Shown here: piece by piece, positions 19,454 through 30,880 of the stretch
How the letters are laid out: each line of letters opens with the position of its first letter
Position numbering within the stretch: position 1 is the stretch's first letter
Source: Alcaligenaceae bacterium
GTDB taxonomy: Bacteria > Pseudomonadota > Gammaproteobacteria > Burkholderiales > Burkholderiaceae_B
Direction: 5' to 3'
NCBI GenBank assembly: GCA_030452305.1
Contig: JAKDMO010000001.1
Span: 1 to 45,669, forward strand
DNA: 45,669 bases
Position numbers and translations under genes: made by a program
Notes under the pieces: generated by a model
Seen by the model: the letters and a program-made list of their open reading frames with translations, nothing else
Databases searched by the model: none
Told to the model about the DNA's origin: nothing

Positions 19454-20281
19454 CTAGGTAGTCGCCCATGCATCGCCCAGGGCCCAGCCCAGGTGGGAGC
19501 GCAGCAGGCTTTCCGGCGTAGCCGACGGTAAGCCGTAGGCTTCAGGATAGGCCACATGGGCCAGGTACAGCCCAGCGGCCGAAAAGGTGGCGGCAGCACG
19601 GGTGCGGTCGCGGCCCGCCAGAAGCTGGGCCGCCCATTCAGGCTCGTGCCTGCCTCGCCCGACGGCAATTAGTGTGCCCATCAGGTTGCGCACCATATGA
19701 TGCAGAAAGGCATTGGCCTGAAAACGGAACACCATGAATTCCCCATCAGAGGCGATATCCAGGCGCTGCAGGGTGCGCACCGGGCTGGCCGCCTGGCATT
19801 CGGATGAGCGAAAGGCGCTGAAATCGTGTTCACCTACAAGGTGGGCGGCTGCAGCCCTCATACGCCCCAGGTCCAGGGCATAGTGGGCCCACCCCACCCG
19901 ACTGTGCAGATGGGGCGAGCGCACTCGCGAGCAGCGCAGGATGTAGAAATAGGTGCGCGCGCGGGCCTCGAAACGCGCGTGGAAACCGGGGGCGACGGGC
20001 TGGGCCCAACTAACCGAAATACTGGGGGGCAGCAAGGCATTGAGACCTCGAACCCAGGATTCATCCCGGCGCTGGGCCGCGGTGTCCAGATGAATGATTT
20101 GCTGCAGCGCATGCACGCCCGAGTCCGTGCGGCCTGCGCAGATCGTGGGCACGGCGTCCTGGTCAAGAAATTCGCATAGGGCGGCCTCGACGCGATCCTG
20201 CACCGTCAGCCCGCCGGGCTGGGTCTGCCAGCCGTGCCAGCCCGCGCCGTCATAGGCCAGGCCCAGGACAATGCGCGACAT
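19454..20281 (-). CDS. truA: tRNA pseudouridine(38-40) synthase
   Basis: [48 protein letters not shown]. Confidence 0.97.
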   Translation of the reverse strand: MSRIVLGLAYDGAGWHGWQTQPGGLTVQDRVEAALCEFLDQDAVPTICAGRTDSGVHALQQIIHLDTAAQRRDESWVRGLNALLPPSISVSWAQPVAPGFHARFEARARTYFYILRCSRVRSPHLHSRVGWAHYALDLGRMRAAAAHLVGEHDFSAFRSSECQAASPVRTLQRLDIASDGEFMVFRFQANAFLHHMVRNLMGTLIAVGRGRHEPEWAAQLLAGRDRTRAAATFSAAGLYLAHVAYPEAYGLPSATPESLLRSHLGWALGDAWATT

Positions 20282-20286
20282 GGGGC

Positions 20287-21981
20287 CTACCCGCCGGTCT
20301 TGTCGGCCTTGCCGGCCTCGGGCGTCAGGTCCAGATCGATATTGGCCAGTCGCTCACGCACCATGGCCTCGGTGACCTGGGCACCGCCGTGCACGTCGTC
20401 ACGAGCGCTGCCGGCGCGTTTCAGCAACCAGGCAATGAACAGAACGATCACGGCCAGCAAGCCGATGATGATTCCCAGCAGATGATCCTGTATCCAGGGC
20501 ACGGTCTTTTTCGCCTCTGATGTGGGTTGCGTCATGGCCTCGATCGCGGCCTGGGAACCTGCGGCGCCGTCGGCTGCTGCGGGATCAGTTGCGGCGGAAT
20601 CCGTTGCGGCGGAATCCGTTGCTGTGGGATCGGTTACTGCAGGATCGGTTACTGCAGGATCGGTTACAGTGCCCGGGGCACCCAGGGACGCCGAAGCGCC
20701 GGCAGCACCCATCGCCCCATTCCCGGCAGCCGCCGCGTCCGAATCCCCGGACTGGGCGACCGCGTCGTGACTGGCTTGGCTGACCGCGTCGGCAACGGTC
20801 GAGATTGATTCGCTGAGGCCCTTGGCGCCCTCGACGACCGCCGTCCGGGCGGCCTCGCCCTGCGCCTTCAGTGCCTGGCTGATGTGACCGACGTTTTCCT
20901 CAAGCTGCGAGACGCGGCCCTGGGCGTCTGCAATCGCCTTGCCTTGCGCGGTGCGCAGGTCAGCCTGGGCTTCAGTGCCGGCCTGCCCCTGCTCACCCGT
21001 CTGGCCGCCGATGCCGGCCTGGGCGGATAAGGCGCCCGCCTCGCCCGAACCCGCAGGGGTGGCATCGCTGAGGCGCAAGTGATCGCCCTGGGCCTCGGGC
21101 TGGGCCGGCGTGGCCGCCGATTCGCTGGAAACTGCGCCCTGGGCCGCAGCGGTTTCGTTTTGCGGCGCAGCCGAGACCGCCTGTGCGCCGTGACCACGAT
21201 TGCGGTACGCGGCGAAGGCCGCAGCCTGGGCTGCGAACTCGCGGCGGGCCTCGCGATCAGACAGGGCCAGCAATTCATCCATGTCTGGCACGACAAGACG
21301 GGCGCCTGCACGCACCAGATTGACATTGTGTTCGATGAACGCCTGGGGATTGGCACGCTGCAGGGCCATCATCATCTGATAGACCGTCACACCTTCCACC
21401 GCGTGGCGGCGGGCCACTGCGAACATGGTATCGCCATGCCGTACCGCGATTGAGGGCTGTACCGCGTGCTGTGCGCTTGTGCCTACAGCTGATTGCCCGG
21501 CCGGGGTCGTCGCCGAACTAGAGGCCGGTTCCACTGGAGCGGCACGGCCGGCCCCGGTGATCAGGGTGACCTGATAACGTTGCCGACCGCTAGCGGTCTG
21601 GACATCAAGCAGCAAGTCGGCCAGCCCGCCGGTGAATGCCTCGGTGGACTGCACGCGCAGCACGCGCGCCGCAGGCTGCATGCCCGGTTCGACCTGGATG
21701 CTCAGGCTGCCCAGATCAACCGGTGGAACCAGCCCTGCCTGTTTCCAGTCGGCCTCGGGTGCCACCTGAGCCGAAAGCGTCTGGATATCCTGCTGGGTCA
21801 GGCCCGATACGGGCACCTGAACCACCAGCGGTTCGCCCGCATGGGAAATGATCCGCGAGTGGCCGAAGGTGGCGGCATAGGCCCCCGTGGCTACGAACAG
21901 CAGCCCTGTCGCAGCGGCCAACGCCAGGCGTCGAAAAGGAGTTCGTACACCGTGCATTGCCACCCGACAAAGAGGATCCAT
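20287..21981 (-). CDS. fimV: FimV/HubP-like polar landmark protein (signal peptide, FimV N-domain, LysM, coiled coil, TM, short tail); start uncertain
   Basis: Position asd-fimV-truA; [11 protein letters not shown]...[32 protein letters not shown] LysM region; [22 protein letters not shown]. Confidence 0.82.
   Translation of the reverse strand: MDPLCRVAMHGVRTPFRRLALAAATGLLFVATGAYAATFGHSRIISHAGEPLVVQVPVSGLTQQDIQTLSAQVAPEADWKQAGLVPPVDLGSLSIQVEPGMQPAARVLRVQSTEAFTGGLADLLLDVQTASGRQRYQVTLITGAGRAAPVEPASSSATTPAGQSAVGTSAQHAVQPSIAVRHGDTMFAVARRHAVEGVTVYQMMMALQRANPQAFIEHNVNLVRAGARLVVPDMDELLALSDREARREFAAQAAAFAAYRNRGHGAQAVSAAPQNETAAAQGAVSSESAATPAQPEAQGDHLRLSDATPAGSGEAGALSAQAGIGGQTGEQGQAGTEAQADLRTAQGKAIADAQGRVSQLEENVGHISQALKAQGEAARTAVVEGAKGLSESISTVADAVSQASHDAVAQSGDSDAAAAGNGAMGAAGASASLGAPGTVTDPAVTDPAVTDPTATDSAATDSAATDPAAADGAAGSQAAIEAMTQPTSEAKKTVPWIQDHLLGIIIGLLAVIVLFIAWLLKRAGSARDDVHGGAQVTEAMVRERLANIDLDLTPEAGKADKTGG
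20578..20667 (-). repeat. In-frame 15-bp tandem repeat x6 in fimV ([30 protein letters not shown])
   Basis: Plus-strand units: TGCGGGATCAGTTGC, GGCGGAATCCGTTGC x2, TGTGGGATCGGTTAC, TGCAGGATCGGTTAC x2. Confidence 0.92.
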
Positions 21982-21983
21982 GA

Positions 21984-23114
21984 TCAGAGTTCACCCAAAG
22001 AAATTCGCAACATCCGGCGCAGCGGTTCGGCCGCGCCCCAAAGCAACTGATCCCCGACCGTGAATGCACTGAGGTATTCCGGACCCATGGACATTTTGCG
22101 CAGGCGCCCAACGGGGATGTCAAGTGTGCCGGTAACCGCCACCGGCGTCAATGCATGCATGGAGGCTTCTTTTTCATTGGGCACCAGACGCGACCATTCG
22201 GTGCCGGTACGGATCACTTCCTCGATTTCATCGATGGGGACATCGCGGCGCAGCTTGATGGTCAAGGCCTGGCTGTGGCAGCGCATCGCCCCGATCCGCA
22301 CGCACAGGCCGTCAACGGGAATTTCGTCGCGGTCGTAGCCGGGGCCACGCCCCAGGATCTTGTTGGTTTCCGCGCCGCCCTTCCATTCCTCGCGCGACAC
22401 GCCATTGCCCAGATCCTTGTCGATCCAGGGAATCAGGCTGCCGCCCAGCGGCACGCCGAAGTTGTCCTGCGGCAGGGTCGGGTCCTGTTGAGCGACCAGG
22501 ACTTCGCGATCAATCTGCAAAATGGCCGAGGCCGGATCATCGAGCAAGGGCCGCACCGCCTGGTTGAGTGTACCGAATTGGGTCAGGAGCTCGCGCATGT
22601 GACGCGCACCGCCGCCCGACGCCGCCTGGTAGGTCATGCTGCTCATCCATTCGACCATATCGTGCGTGAACAGACCGGCCAGCCCCATCAGCATACAGCT
22701 GACCGTGCAGTTGCCGCCGACAAAATTGCGCACGCCGTTGTGCATTGCCTGATCGATGACCGGGCGATTGACGGGATCCAGCACGATGACCGCATCGTCC
22801 TGCATGCGCAATGTGCTGGCTGCATCGATCCAAATGCCGTCCCAACCCGCCTCGCGCAGCTTGGGGTAGACCTGCGAGGTGTAGTCCCCGCCTTGCGCGG
22901 TCACGATGATGGGAAGTTTGCGCAGTGTCTGGATATCGTAGGCATCCGCCAAAGGTGCGGCACCCGATGCCCAGTCCGGGGCCTTGCCGCCCGCATTGCT
23001 GGTAGAAAAAAACACGGGCTCGAACAAGGAAAAATCGTTCTCGTCGCGCATGCGCTGCATGAGCACGGAGCCCACCATGCCACGCCAGCCGACCAAGCCT
23101 ACTGCCTGACTCAT
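21984..23114 (-). CDS. asd: Aspartate-semialdehyde dehydrogenase
   Basis: [45 protein letters not shown]; ATG at 23114. Confidence 0.97.
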   Translation of the reverse strand: MSQAVGLVGWRGMVGSVLMQRMRDENDFSLFEPVFFSTSNAGGKAPDWASGAAPLADAYDIQTLRKLPIIVTAQGGDYTSQVYPKLREAGWDGIWIDAASTLRMQDDAVIVLDPVNRPVIDQAMHNGVRNFVGGNCTVSCMLMGLAGLFTHDMVEWMSSMTYQAASGGGARHMRELLTQFGTLNQAVRPLLDDPASAILQIDREVLVAQQDPTLPQDNFGVPLGGSLIPWIDKDLGNGVSREEWKGGAETNKILGRGPGYDRDEIPVDGLCVRIGAMRCHSQALTIKLRRDVPIDEIEEVIRTGTEWSRLVPNEKEASMHALTPVAVTGTLDIPVGRLRKMSMGPEYLSAFTVGDQLLWGAAEPLRRMLRISLGEL

Positions 23115-23174
23115 AACTTCATTCACTCCATATCCGGTGCGAATCCGCAGATGTGAATTCGCGTGCATAAACCT

Positions 23175-24251
23175 CTAGTTTAATGCTTTGAGCACGGCGT
23201 CGCCCATATCGGACGTAGACACCCGTGTCGTACCGGCTTCATGGATATCGGGCGTACGCAAGCCATCGGCCAGAACCGACTGCACAGCGGCCTCGATGCG
23301 GGCGGCCTGATCGGGCGCCGCCAGGGAATAGCGCAGCATCATTGCGCCTGACAGAATGGTCGCCAGGGGGTTGGCGAGGCCCTGCCCCGCGATATCGGGT
23401 GCAGAACCGTGGCAAGGCTCGTACAGGCCCTGGCTGGATGCGTTCAACGATGCCGAGGGCAGCATGCCGATCGAGCCGGTCAGCATGGCGGCCTCGTCGG
23501 ACAGAATATCGCCAAACAGATTGCCCGTGACGATCACATCAAAGGCCTTGGGGTCGCGCACCAGTTGCATGGCGGCGTTATCGACATACATGTGCGAGAG
23601 GGTCACGTCTGGATACTCGTGCGCAACATCGATCATGATGTCGCGCCAGAACTGCGAGGTTTCCAGCACATTGGCCTTGTCCACGCTGCACAGGCGCCCC
23701 TGGCGTTTCCGGGCCGCCTGAAAGGCGACATGGGCAATCCTGCGCACCTCGGTTTCCGCATAGTGCATGGTGTCGAAGCCCTGGCGAACCCCCTTGAACG
23801 GGCCGTCTTCGACCACGCGCACACCGCGCGGATGGCCAAAATAGATATCCCCGGTGAGTTCGCGCACGATCAGGATGTCGAGACCGGACACCACCTCGGG
23901 CTTGAGTGAGGACGCATTGGCCAGTTCGGGGTAAAGCACGGCCGGGCGCAGGTTCGCAAACAGCCCCAGTGCCTTGCGCAGCCCCAACACCGCCTGCTCG
24001 GGCCGCAGGGCGCGATCCAGCGAGTCATATTTCCAGTCGCCCACCGCGCCGAACAGCACGGCCGATGCGCCCCGGGCGAGTTCCAGGGTGGCGGGCGGCA
24101 AGGGATGGCCGTGCTGGGCATAGGCCGCCCCGCCGACCGGCGCCTGCGTGAACTCCAGATCCAGGTCCAGTGCGCCCAGAACGCGCACGGCCTGTTCAAC
24201 GATTTCCGGGCCGATTCCATCGCCCGGGAGCACTGCAATACGATGCGTCAT
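23175..24251 (-). CDS. leuB: 3-isopropylmalate dehydrogenase
   Basis: [47 protein letters not shown]; ATG at 24251. Confidence 0.97.
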   Translation of the reverse strand: MTHRIAVLPGDGIGPEIVEQAVRVLGALDLDLEFTQAPVGGAAYAQHGHPLPPATLELARGASAVLFGAVGDWKYDSLDRALRPEQAVLGLRKALGLFANLRPAVLYPELANASSLKPEVVSGLDILIVRELTGDIYFGHPRGVRVVEDGPFKGVRQGFDTMHYAETEVRRIAHVAFQAARKRQGRLCSVDKANVLETSQFWRDIMIDVAHEYPDVTLSHMYVDNAAMQLVRDPKAFDVIVTGNLFGDILSDEAAMLTGSIGMLPSASLNASSQGLYEPCHGSAPDIAGQGLANPLATILSGAMMLRYSLAAPDQAARIEAAVQSVLADGLRTPDIHEAGTTRVSTSDMGDAVLKALN

Positions 24252-24262
24252 TGTGTTCCTGT

Positions 24263-24910
24263 TTATCCCACTTGTTTTTGCAGCCACGGGTGCTGCGCCA
24301 GGCGATTTGCCTCGAATTCACGAATCTTGTCGGCATGCTGCAGACTCTGGCCGATCTCGTCCAGGCCGCGCAACAGCGATTCCTTGCGATAGCCACCGAT
24401 CTCGAAGCCGTATTCGCTGCCGTCCTGCGTCACGACCACCTGCCGCGGCAGGTCGATCAGCAAGCGATAGCCCGGGAATGCCTTGACGTCGTCAAACAGG
24501 CGATTGACCTGCGATTCGGGCAACACGATCGGCAACAGGCCGTTCTTGAAGCTGTTGTTAAAGAAAATATCGGCGTAGGACGGCGCAATAATCGCCCGGA
24601 ATCCGAACTGTTGCAAGGCCCAGGGCGCGTGCTCGCGACTGGAGCCGCAGCCGAAGTTTTTGCGTGCGAGCAGGATCGAGGCCCCTTGGTAGCGTTCCTG
24701 GTTCAGCACGAAATCGGGATTCAGCGGGCGACGGGAATTGTCCATGCCCGGTTCACCATGATCCAGATAGCGCAATTCGTCGAACAGGTTCGGCCCGAAT
24801 CCGGTGCGCTTGATCGATTTCAGGAACTGCTTGGGGATGATCAGATCGGTATCGACGTTTTCCCGATCCAGCGGTGCCACCAATCCGTGGTGTGTGGTGA
24901 AGGCTTGCAT
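24263..24910 (-). CDS. leuD: 3-isopropylmalate dehydratase small subunit
   Basis: [28 protein letters not shown]. Confidence 0.98.
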   Translation of the reverse strand: MQAFTTHHGLVAPLDRENVDTDLIIPKQFLKSIKRTGFGPNLFDELRYLDHGEPGMDNSRRPLNPDFVLNQERYQGASILLARKNFGCGSSREHAPWALQQFGFRAIIAPSYADIFFNNSFKNGLLPIVLPESQVNRLFDDVKAFPGYRLLIDLPRQVVVTQDGSEYGFEIGGYRKESLLRGLDEIGQSLQHADKIREFEANRLAQHPWLQKQVG

Positions 24911-24924
24911 ATGAGGCTCCTGGG

Positions 24925-26325
24925 CTAGATCCGACGGATATCAACGAAATGGCCGGCGACGGCTGCGGCGGCAGCCATGGCCGGGCTGACCAGGTGCGTG
25001 CGACCGCCCTGCCCCTGCCTACCCTCGAAATTACGATTCGAGGTGGACGCGCAACGCTCGCCGGGTTCCAGGCGATCGGCATTCATGGCCAGGCACATTG
25101 AGCAACCCGGTTCGCGCCATTCGAAGCCCGCAGCAAGGAAGATCTTGTCCAGCCCCTCGCGTTCGGCCTGTTCCTTGACCAGGCCCGAACCCGGAACCAC
25201 CATGGCCTGGTGCACGTTGGAGGCCACCTTTTGACCCCGCGCCACAACGGCGGCGGCTCGCAAGTCCTCGATGCGGGCATTGGTGCAAGATCCGATGAAC
25301 ACGCGGTCAATGTGGATATCGACCATGGGGGTGTTGGGCTTGAGCCCCATGTACTGCAGCGCACGTTCCATACCCTTTCGGCGCCCATCGTCCTTTTCCT
25401 TTTCAGGATCGGGTACGCGCCCATCGATGGGCAGAACCATTTCCGGCGAGGTGCCCCAACTGACCTGGGGCATGATCTGCGCCGCATCGAACTTCAGCAC
25501 CTGATCAAACTGCGCGCCTTCGTCGGAATGCAGGGTGCGCCAATAGCTGACCGCCTGATCCCACAGTTCGCCTTCCGGTGCGTAGGGCCGGCCCTTGAAG
25601 TAGTCGATGGTGGTCTGGTCAGCGGCCACCATGCCGGAACGCGCGCCGGCCTCGATCGCCATATTGCATACCGTAATCCGGCCTTCCATGGACAGGGCGC
25701 GAATGGCGCTGCCACCGAATTCGATGGCACAGCCCGTGCCCCCGGCGGTGCCGATCTGGCTGATCACGTACAGGATCAGGTCCTTGGCCGTACAGCCGAA
25801 GGGCAAATCGCCATCCACCTGGATGAGCATATTGCGGCTTTTTTTCATCAGCAGCGTCTGGGTGGCCAGGACGTGCTCGACCTCGGACGTGCCGATGCCG
25901 AATGCCAGGGCGCCAAAGGCGCCGTGCGTGCTGGTGTGGGAGTCCCCACAGACCACCGTCATGCCCGGCAGAGTTGCACCCTGTTCGGGGCCGATGACGT
26001 GCACGATCCCCTGGCGCCGGTCATTCATGCGGAATTCGGTAATACCGTAGGTCTCGCAGTTTTTGTCCAGCGTATCGACCTGCAGGCGCGATACCGGGTC
26101 CTCGATGCCTTCACTGCGTGCCGTGGTCGGCACATTATGATCAGCCACCGCCAGATTGGCATCGATCCGCCAGGGCTTGCGCTGCGCAAGCGCCAGCCCT
26201 TCGAAGGCCTGGGGGCTGGTGACTTCGTGCACCAGGTGGCGATCGATGTAGAGCAGACAGGTGCCGTCCGGACCCTGGTGCACCACGTGGGCATCCCAGA
26301 GCTTGTCGTAAAGTGTTTGTGCCAT
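24925..26325 (-). CDS. leuC: 3-isopropylmalate dehydratase large subunit
   Basis: [51 protein letters not shown]. Confidence 0.98.
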   Translation of the reverse strand: MAQTLYDKLWDAHVVHQGPDGTCLLYIDRHLVHEVTSPQAFEGLALAQRKPWRIDANLAVADHNVPTTARSEGIEDPVSRLQVDTLDKNCETYGITEFRMNDRRQGIVHVIGPEQGATLPGMTVVCGDSHTSTHGAFGALAFGIGTSEVEHVLATQTLLMKKSRNMLIQVDGDLPFGCTAKDLILYVISQIGTAGGTGCAIEFGGSAIRALSMEGRITVCNMAIEAGARSGMVAADQTTIDYFKGRPYAPEGELWDQAVSYWRTLHSDEGAQFDQVLKFDAAQIMPQVSWGTSPEMVLPIDGRVPDPEKEKDDGRRKGMERALQYMGLKPNTPMVDIHIDRVFIGSCTNARIEDLRAAAVVARGQKVASNVHQAMVVPGSGLVKEQAEREGLDKIFLAAGFEWREPGCSMCLAMNADRLEPGERCASTSNRNFEGRQGQGGRTHLVSPAMAAAAAVAGHFVDIRRI

Positions 26326-26355
26326 GATCGGTCTCGAAAAAGTTCACATGAACCG

Positions 26356-26383
26356 ATTATGACAGGCCCTCACACCGCGACAA
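26356..26383 (-). promoter_or_regulatory. Candidate sigma70 promoter of leuC
   Basis: Minus strand TTGTCG, 16-nt spacer ending in TGT, then CATAAT; 30 nt before the ATG. Confidence 0.55.
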
Positions 26384-26387
26384 GACC

Positions 26388-26411
26388 ATTTCTCATACTG
26401 GTATCAGAAAT
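26388..26411. promoter_or_regulatory. AT-rich palindrome immediately upstream of the leuC -35 (candidate operator)
   Basis: ATTTCT-C-ATAC-TG-GTAT-C-AGAAAT, a dyad with 10 of 11 positions paired. Confidence 0.5.
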
Positions 26412-26431
26412 ACCATCTTGGGATATTCGGC

Positions 26432-27253
26432 CTATTTTTTTGATGCCTGCCGGTATAGCGGCATGACCTCGTTCGAGACCTTTTTCAGATCGGCGATCCG
26501 GCTGGCCGGTGACGGGTGCGTGGACAGGAATTCGGGCGGTGCACCACCACCGGATTGGCTCATTTTCTGCCACAGCGTGACGGCGGCACGCGGATCGTAG
26601 CCGGCACGCGCAGCGAGTTCGACCCCCATGCGGTCGGCTTCGGTTTCGTGCTCGCGGCTATTGGGCAGATTGAACATCACATTGGTCAGTGCGGAACCCA
26701 GGTCAGCGGTGGCCTGGCTACCGGTCACAGCCGACAGAATCGACAGCCCGACGCTGGTCACCATCTGTTGCGACACCTGTTCGCGTGCGTGCTCACGCAG
26801 CGCGTGCGAGATTTCGTGGCCCATGACGGCCGCCAGTTCAGCATCGGTGGGCTTGATCTTGTTCAGCAGACCGGTATAGACCGCGATCTTGCCGCCCGGC
26901 ATGCACCAGGCATTGACCTCGTCCGAACTGAGTACGTGTACATCCCATTTCCAGCGCAGGGCGTCCTGGCGGAACACACCCACCTGCGCAATCAGCCGGC
27001 GCGCGATCGCCTGGACGCGCCTCGTCTGGGCGGCATTGGCATCCAGCGCCCCCTTGGCGCGCGCCTGCGACAGGATCTGTGCGTACTGGGCTGCGGCCTC
27101 CTGATCGAGCTGGGCCTCAGGCACCATGCTGGACATGTACTGTGGCCGGTCGATCCCCACCAGGCCGGACTGCGTCGTCTGCACGGATGTACAACTGCCC
27201 AGGAACAGGGCAAGCGCAACCACGGCGAGATTTCGGATTCGGACTAGGCTCAT
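26432..27253 (-). CDS. M48-family zinc metallopeptidase lipoprotein (LoiP/BepA-like)
   Basis: Lipobox LGS-C; NAWCMPGGKIAVYTG, HEISH zinc motif, ETEAD, FLSTHP. Confidence 0.92.
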   Translation of the reverse strand: MSLVRIRNLAVVALALFLGSCTSVQTTQSGLVGIDRPQYMSSMVPEAQLDQEAAAQYAQILSQARAKGALDANAAQTRRVQAIARRLIAQVGVFRQDALRWKWDVHVLSSDEVNAWCMPGGKIAVYTGLLNKIKPTDAELAAVMGHEISHALREHAREQVSQQMVTSVGLSILSAVTGSQATADLGSALTNVMFNLPNSREHETEADRMGVELAARAGYDPRAAVTLWQKMSQSGGGAPPEFLSTHPSPASRIADLKKVSNEVMPLYRQASKK

Positions 27254-27281
27254 GATGAGGTCTCCTGAGTTGGGCGATCCC

Positions 27282-28343
27282 TTACTGCCCGCACTGCCCT
27301 CGCTGCCGCAAGGCGTGATCCATCAATACGATGGCCAGCAGTGCCTCGACAATGGGGGTGGCGCGAATGGCCACGCAGGGATCGTGGCGGCCCAGAGTTT
27401 GGACGACCACGGGTTCACCTGCGCGATTGACGGACTGGCGTTCGACGCGGATGCTGGAAGTGGGCTTGACCGCAAGCGACACGCGGATGTCCTGCCCCGA
27501 AGAAATCCCGCCCAGAATCCCCCCGGCAAAATTGCTGAGGAAACCATCGGGGCTGAGCTCGTCGCCCTGCTGTGACCCCCGCATCTGAACGCAGTCGAAC
27601 CCCGAGCCAATGGATACGCCCTTGACGGCGTTCAAACCCATCATGGCGTGCGCGATATCGGCATCGAGCCGGTCATAGATCGGTTCGCCCCAGCCGGTCG
27701 GGACACTCTGGGCCACGACCTCGATGCGCGCACCGATGGAATCGCCATCGTGGCGCAGTTGATCCATGAAGGCCTCAAGCTGCGGCACGATATCCGCGTT
27801 CGGGGCATAGAAAGGATTTTCCGGGATGTGGTCCCAGGACTCGAACGGAATCGGGATGGGGCCCAACTGGCTCATGTAGCCACGTATTTCAACGCCATGG
27901 GTGCTGCGCAACCATTTTTTCGCGATCGCCCCGGCGGCCACCGTGGGGGCGGTCAGCCGCGCCGAAGAGCGCCCGCCGCCACGCGGATCACGAATACCGT
28001 ATTTTTTCCAGTAGCTGTAGTCTGCATGACCGGGCCGAAAGGTATCGGCGATATTGGTGTAGTCCTTGCTGCGCGCATCGGTGTTGCGGATCAGCAGACC
28101 CACGGGCGTGCCCGTGGTGCGGCCCTCGAATACACCGGAAAGGATCTCGACCTGATCGGGCTCGCGGCGCTGGGTCACGTGCCGCGAGGTGCCGGGGCGA
28201 CGGCGATCGAGTTCGGCCTGGATGTCGGCCTCGGACAGTTCAAGACCCGGCGGGCAGCCGTCCACCACCGCACCGATCGCGGGCCCGTGCGATTCACCGA
28301 AATTGGTGACGCGGAATAGTTCGCCAAGGGTATTGCCAGACAT
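27282..28343 (-). CDS. aroC: Chorismate synthase
   Basis: [33 protein letters not shown]. Confidence 0.98.
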   Translation of the reverse strand: MSGNTLGELFRVTNFGESHGPAIGAVVDGCPPGLELSEADIQAELDRRRPGTSRHVTQRREPDQVEILSGVFEGRTTGTPVGLLIRNTDARSKDYTNIADTFRPGHADYSYWKKYGIRDPRGGGRSSARLTAPTVAAGAIAKKWLRSTHGVEIRGYMSQLGPIPIPFESWDHIPENPFYAPNADIVPQLEAFMDQLRHDGDSIGARIEVVAQSVPTGWGEPIYDRLDADIAHAMMGLNAVKGVSIGSGFDCVQMRGSQQGDELSPDGFLSNFAGGILGGISSGQDIRVSLAVKPTSSIRVERQSVNRAGEPVVVQTLGRHDPCVAIRATPIVEALLAIVLMDHALRQRGQCGQ

Positions 28344-28401
28344 GATGATGAGTTCTACGGACGGTGAGTGCGGACGGCCCCATTATTGCATTTTTCGCCT
28401 T

Positions 28402-29376
28402 TCAGGCGCCCGAAGTGTCATAGGCCGCCAGAGGGGCCTCGCCACGCAGGACCTGCAATAGATTGCTGGTCGCCATCGTGGCCATGGCATGACGTGTCTC
28501 GTGGGTCGCCGAGCCCACGTGAGGCAGCGCCAGAACCTTGGGGTGCGTGCGCAGCGGCGAGTCCATGGGCAGCGGTTCGGTGACGAATACATCCAGCGCC
28601 GCAGCGCGCAGGCGCCCGCCATCCAGCGCCGCCACCAGGGCGTCCTCGTCGAGGACGGGTCCCCGCCCGCCATTGACCAGAATCGCCTCGGGCTTCATCT
28701 GGGCCAGCTCAGCCGCGCCGATCAGGCCGCGCGTGGCCGGGCTGGATGGCAGGACGATCACCAGGAAATCCGACTCGCGCAGCAGTTCCGGCAGATCGAC
28801 CTGCCTGGCCAGACCGTCTGGCAGACCGCTATCCACCTGCGAGCGCGAACGATACAGTACAGGCATATTGAAGCCCAGCGCCGCACGGCGGGCGACCGCC
28901 TGACCGATCCGGCCGTAGCCCAGCACGCCCAGGGTCTTGCCCTGGACTTCCCATCCGTACAGCGAGGGGCCCACGCTGGTTTTCCATCCACCCTGCCCCA
29001 CCAGATTCGCCAGTTCGCAGATGCGCCGGCTGGCGGTCAGGACCATGGCCATCAGTAAATCAGCCACCGACTCGGTCAGCACATCAGGCGTATGACACAG
29101 GACGATGCCGCGCTGGTGCAGGGCCGCCAGCGGAAAGGCATCGACCCCGACCGATACTGACGACACCACACGCAGTGACTTCGCCCGCCCAAGCTCGGCC
29201 TCGCCAATCCGGTAGGGCGCGCCCACGATGCCTGCGACCTCACCGAGCGCATCCAGAAACGCCGACCTCTGATCCGCCGAATGCGGATCGAGTTCGATGA
29301 CTTCGTGCTCGGCACGAATGCGTTCCACCTGATCAGCAGGCAAGCCCTTGTAAACCAACACCTTCGATCGCGTCAC
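28402..29376 (-). CDS. D-isomer-specific 2-hydroxyacid dehydrogenase (GhrB/2-ketogluconate reductase-like)
   Basis: HTPDVLTESVAD, GVLGYGRIG, VNGGRGPVLDE, LDVFVTEPL, PHVGSAT; GTG start after GAGGA. Confidence 0.9.
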   Translation of the reverse strand: MTRSKVLVYKGLPADQVERIRAEHEVIELDPHSADQRSAFLDALGEVAGIVGAPYRIGEAELGRAKSLRVVSSVSVGVDAFPLAALHQRGIVLCHTPDVLTESVADLLMAMVLTASRRICELANLVGQGGWKTSVGPSLYGWEVQGKTLGVLGYGRIGQAVARRAALGFNMPVLYRSRSQVDSGLPDGLARQVDLPELLRESDFLVIVLPSSPATRGLIGAAELAQMKPEAILVNGGRGPVLDEDALVAALDGGRLRAAALDVFVTEPLPMDSPLRTHPKVLALPHVGSATHETRHAMATMATSNLLQVLRGEAPLAAYDTSGA

Positions 29377-29404
29377 GTCGGGGTCCTCATGGTGATGTCA
29401 GCCC

Positions 29405-30880
29405 TCAGGATGAACAGCTGACTGAAATTTCCTGCGACCAGGCCGGTGGCAAGGCCGCATAGGCTTCATACCCCGGCTGCTCGGTATAGGGATCGCGCAA
29501 CACATCCAGCAATCGCTGGATTTCCCCGGCATCGCCGCGCCCTGCCGCCTCGATCGCCTGCTGGGCCAGGTGATTGCGCAGGACGTAGAGCGGATTGGCG
29601 CGATCCATGTCGTGCCGGCGCTGCGCCGGGCTGCGGGTGTCGCCCTGGATACGCGTCTGGTACTGATCCAGCCAGGCCTGCGCGGCCACAGGGTCGGAAA
29701 ACAGATCCAGAAACGCATCGGGCGATTCAGCCACCCCGCCCAGGCGGCGAAAGCTCAGGGTGAAGTCAGCCGCCTGGCTGTGCAAAAGCCCCCACCAGTC
29801 ATTGACCAGCGCCTCGTCGCCCTCGCGCCATGCACCCAGACCGAGTTTGGCGGTGATCCCCGCATGGTAGGCCGCCAGAAAATCGGCCTCGTAAGGCTCG
29901 ATCTGGGCCTCGAGCGATTCACCGTCCGGCCCCAGCACCATCAGGGCGCTGCCCAGCCGATACAGGTTCCAGTTTGCGGCCGCAGGCTGCGCATTCCAGG
30001 CATAGCGGCCACCGGTGTCGGTGTGGTTACAGATGTGATTGGCCTGAAAGGCGTCCATGAACCCGTAGGGGCCATAGTCGATCGTCAGGCCCAGGATGGA
30101 CATATTGTCGGTGTTCATGACGCCGTGGCAAAAACCCGCCAATTGCCACTGGGCCATCAACTGGGCTGTGCGCCGGACTACGGTACGCAGGAACCGCAGC
30201 ACCACCGCCTCGTCGGTGGCGGGCTCACCGCCCTGGGCCTCGCGGCATTCCGGGTAGAAATGATCCACCACATAGTCGAACAGGATTTTTTCCTCGGTGT
30301 GCGAGTGCGCCCAGTGCTCGAAATGCCCAAAACGCACGAAACTGGGCGAAACGCGCGTGACGACGGCGGCCGTTTCCACGGTTTCGCGGTAGACCGGGTC
30401 GTCGGACACAACCAGCGCCAGCGCACGGGTGGTGGGGATGCCCAGGCCGGCCATGGCCTCGCCGGCAAGGTATTCGCGTACGCTGGAGCGCAGCACGGCC
30501 TTGCCATCGCCCATGCGCGAATACGGCGTGCGCCCCGAACCTTTCAACTGCAGCTCGAAGCTGCCGCCCGGCCCCTGCACCTCGCCCAGCAGATGCGCGC
30601 GCCCATCGCCCAGTTGCCCGGCCCAGACCCCGAACTGGTGGCCGCTATAGACGGTCGCGATCGTCTGCCCGCCCGGCAAGGGCGCGCGGCCCGCACATAC
30701 ATCCAGGAATTCAGGTGTATCCAGCGCAGCCGGCGACAGGCCGAGCAGAGCGGCAACGTCGCGGTTGACGTGCAACAAGCGTGGATCGCCGGGTGGCCTG
30801 GGAGCGAGGCGAGTGTAGAAACTGTCGGGCAGGCATGCAAAGCTGTTGCACACCGTGAGTTCGTCGAGCCGATCAAGCAT
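29405..30880 (-). CDS. selO: Protein adenylyltransferase SelO (YdiU)
   Basis: YSGHQFG..AGQLGDGRA, LKGSGRTPYSRMGDG, HGVMNTDNMS, DYGPYGF, C-terminal SCSS; ATG 30880 preferred over GTG 30901. Confidence 0.95.
   Translation of the reverse strand: MLDRLDELTVCNSFACLPDSFYTRLAPRPPGDPRLLHVNRDVAALLGLSPAALDTPEFLDVCAGRAPLPGGQTIATVYSGHQFGVWAGQLGDGRAHLLGEVQGPGGSFELQLKGSGRTPYSRMGDGKAVLRSSVREYLAGEAMAGLGIPTTRALALVVSDDPVYRETVETAAVVTRVSPSFVRFGHFEHWAHSHTEEKILFDYVVDHFYPECREAQGGEPATDEAVVLRFLRTVVRRTAQLMAQWQLAGFCHGVMNTDNMSILGLTIDYGPYGFMDAFQANHICNHTDTGGRYAWNAQPAAANWNLYRLGSALMVLGPDGESLEAQIEPYEADFLAAYHAGITAKLGLGAWREGDEALVNDWWGLLHSQAADFTLSFRRLGGVAESPDAFLDLFSDPVAAQAWLDQYQTRIQGDTRSPAQRRHDMDRANPLYVLRNHLAQQAIEAAGRGDAGEIQRLLDVLRDPYTEQPGYEAYAALPPAWSQEISVSCSS

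Noticed and set aside
20578-20667. Possible CRISPR-like array
   Set aside because: Contiguous in-frame 15-mers with no spacers and no cas genes; it is a coding VNTR.
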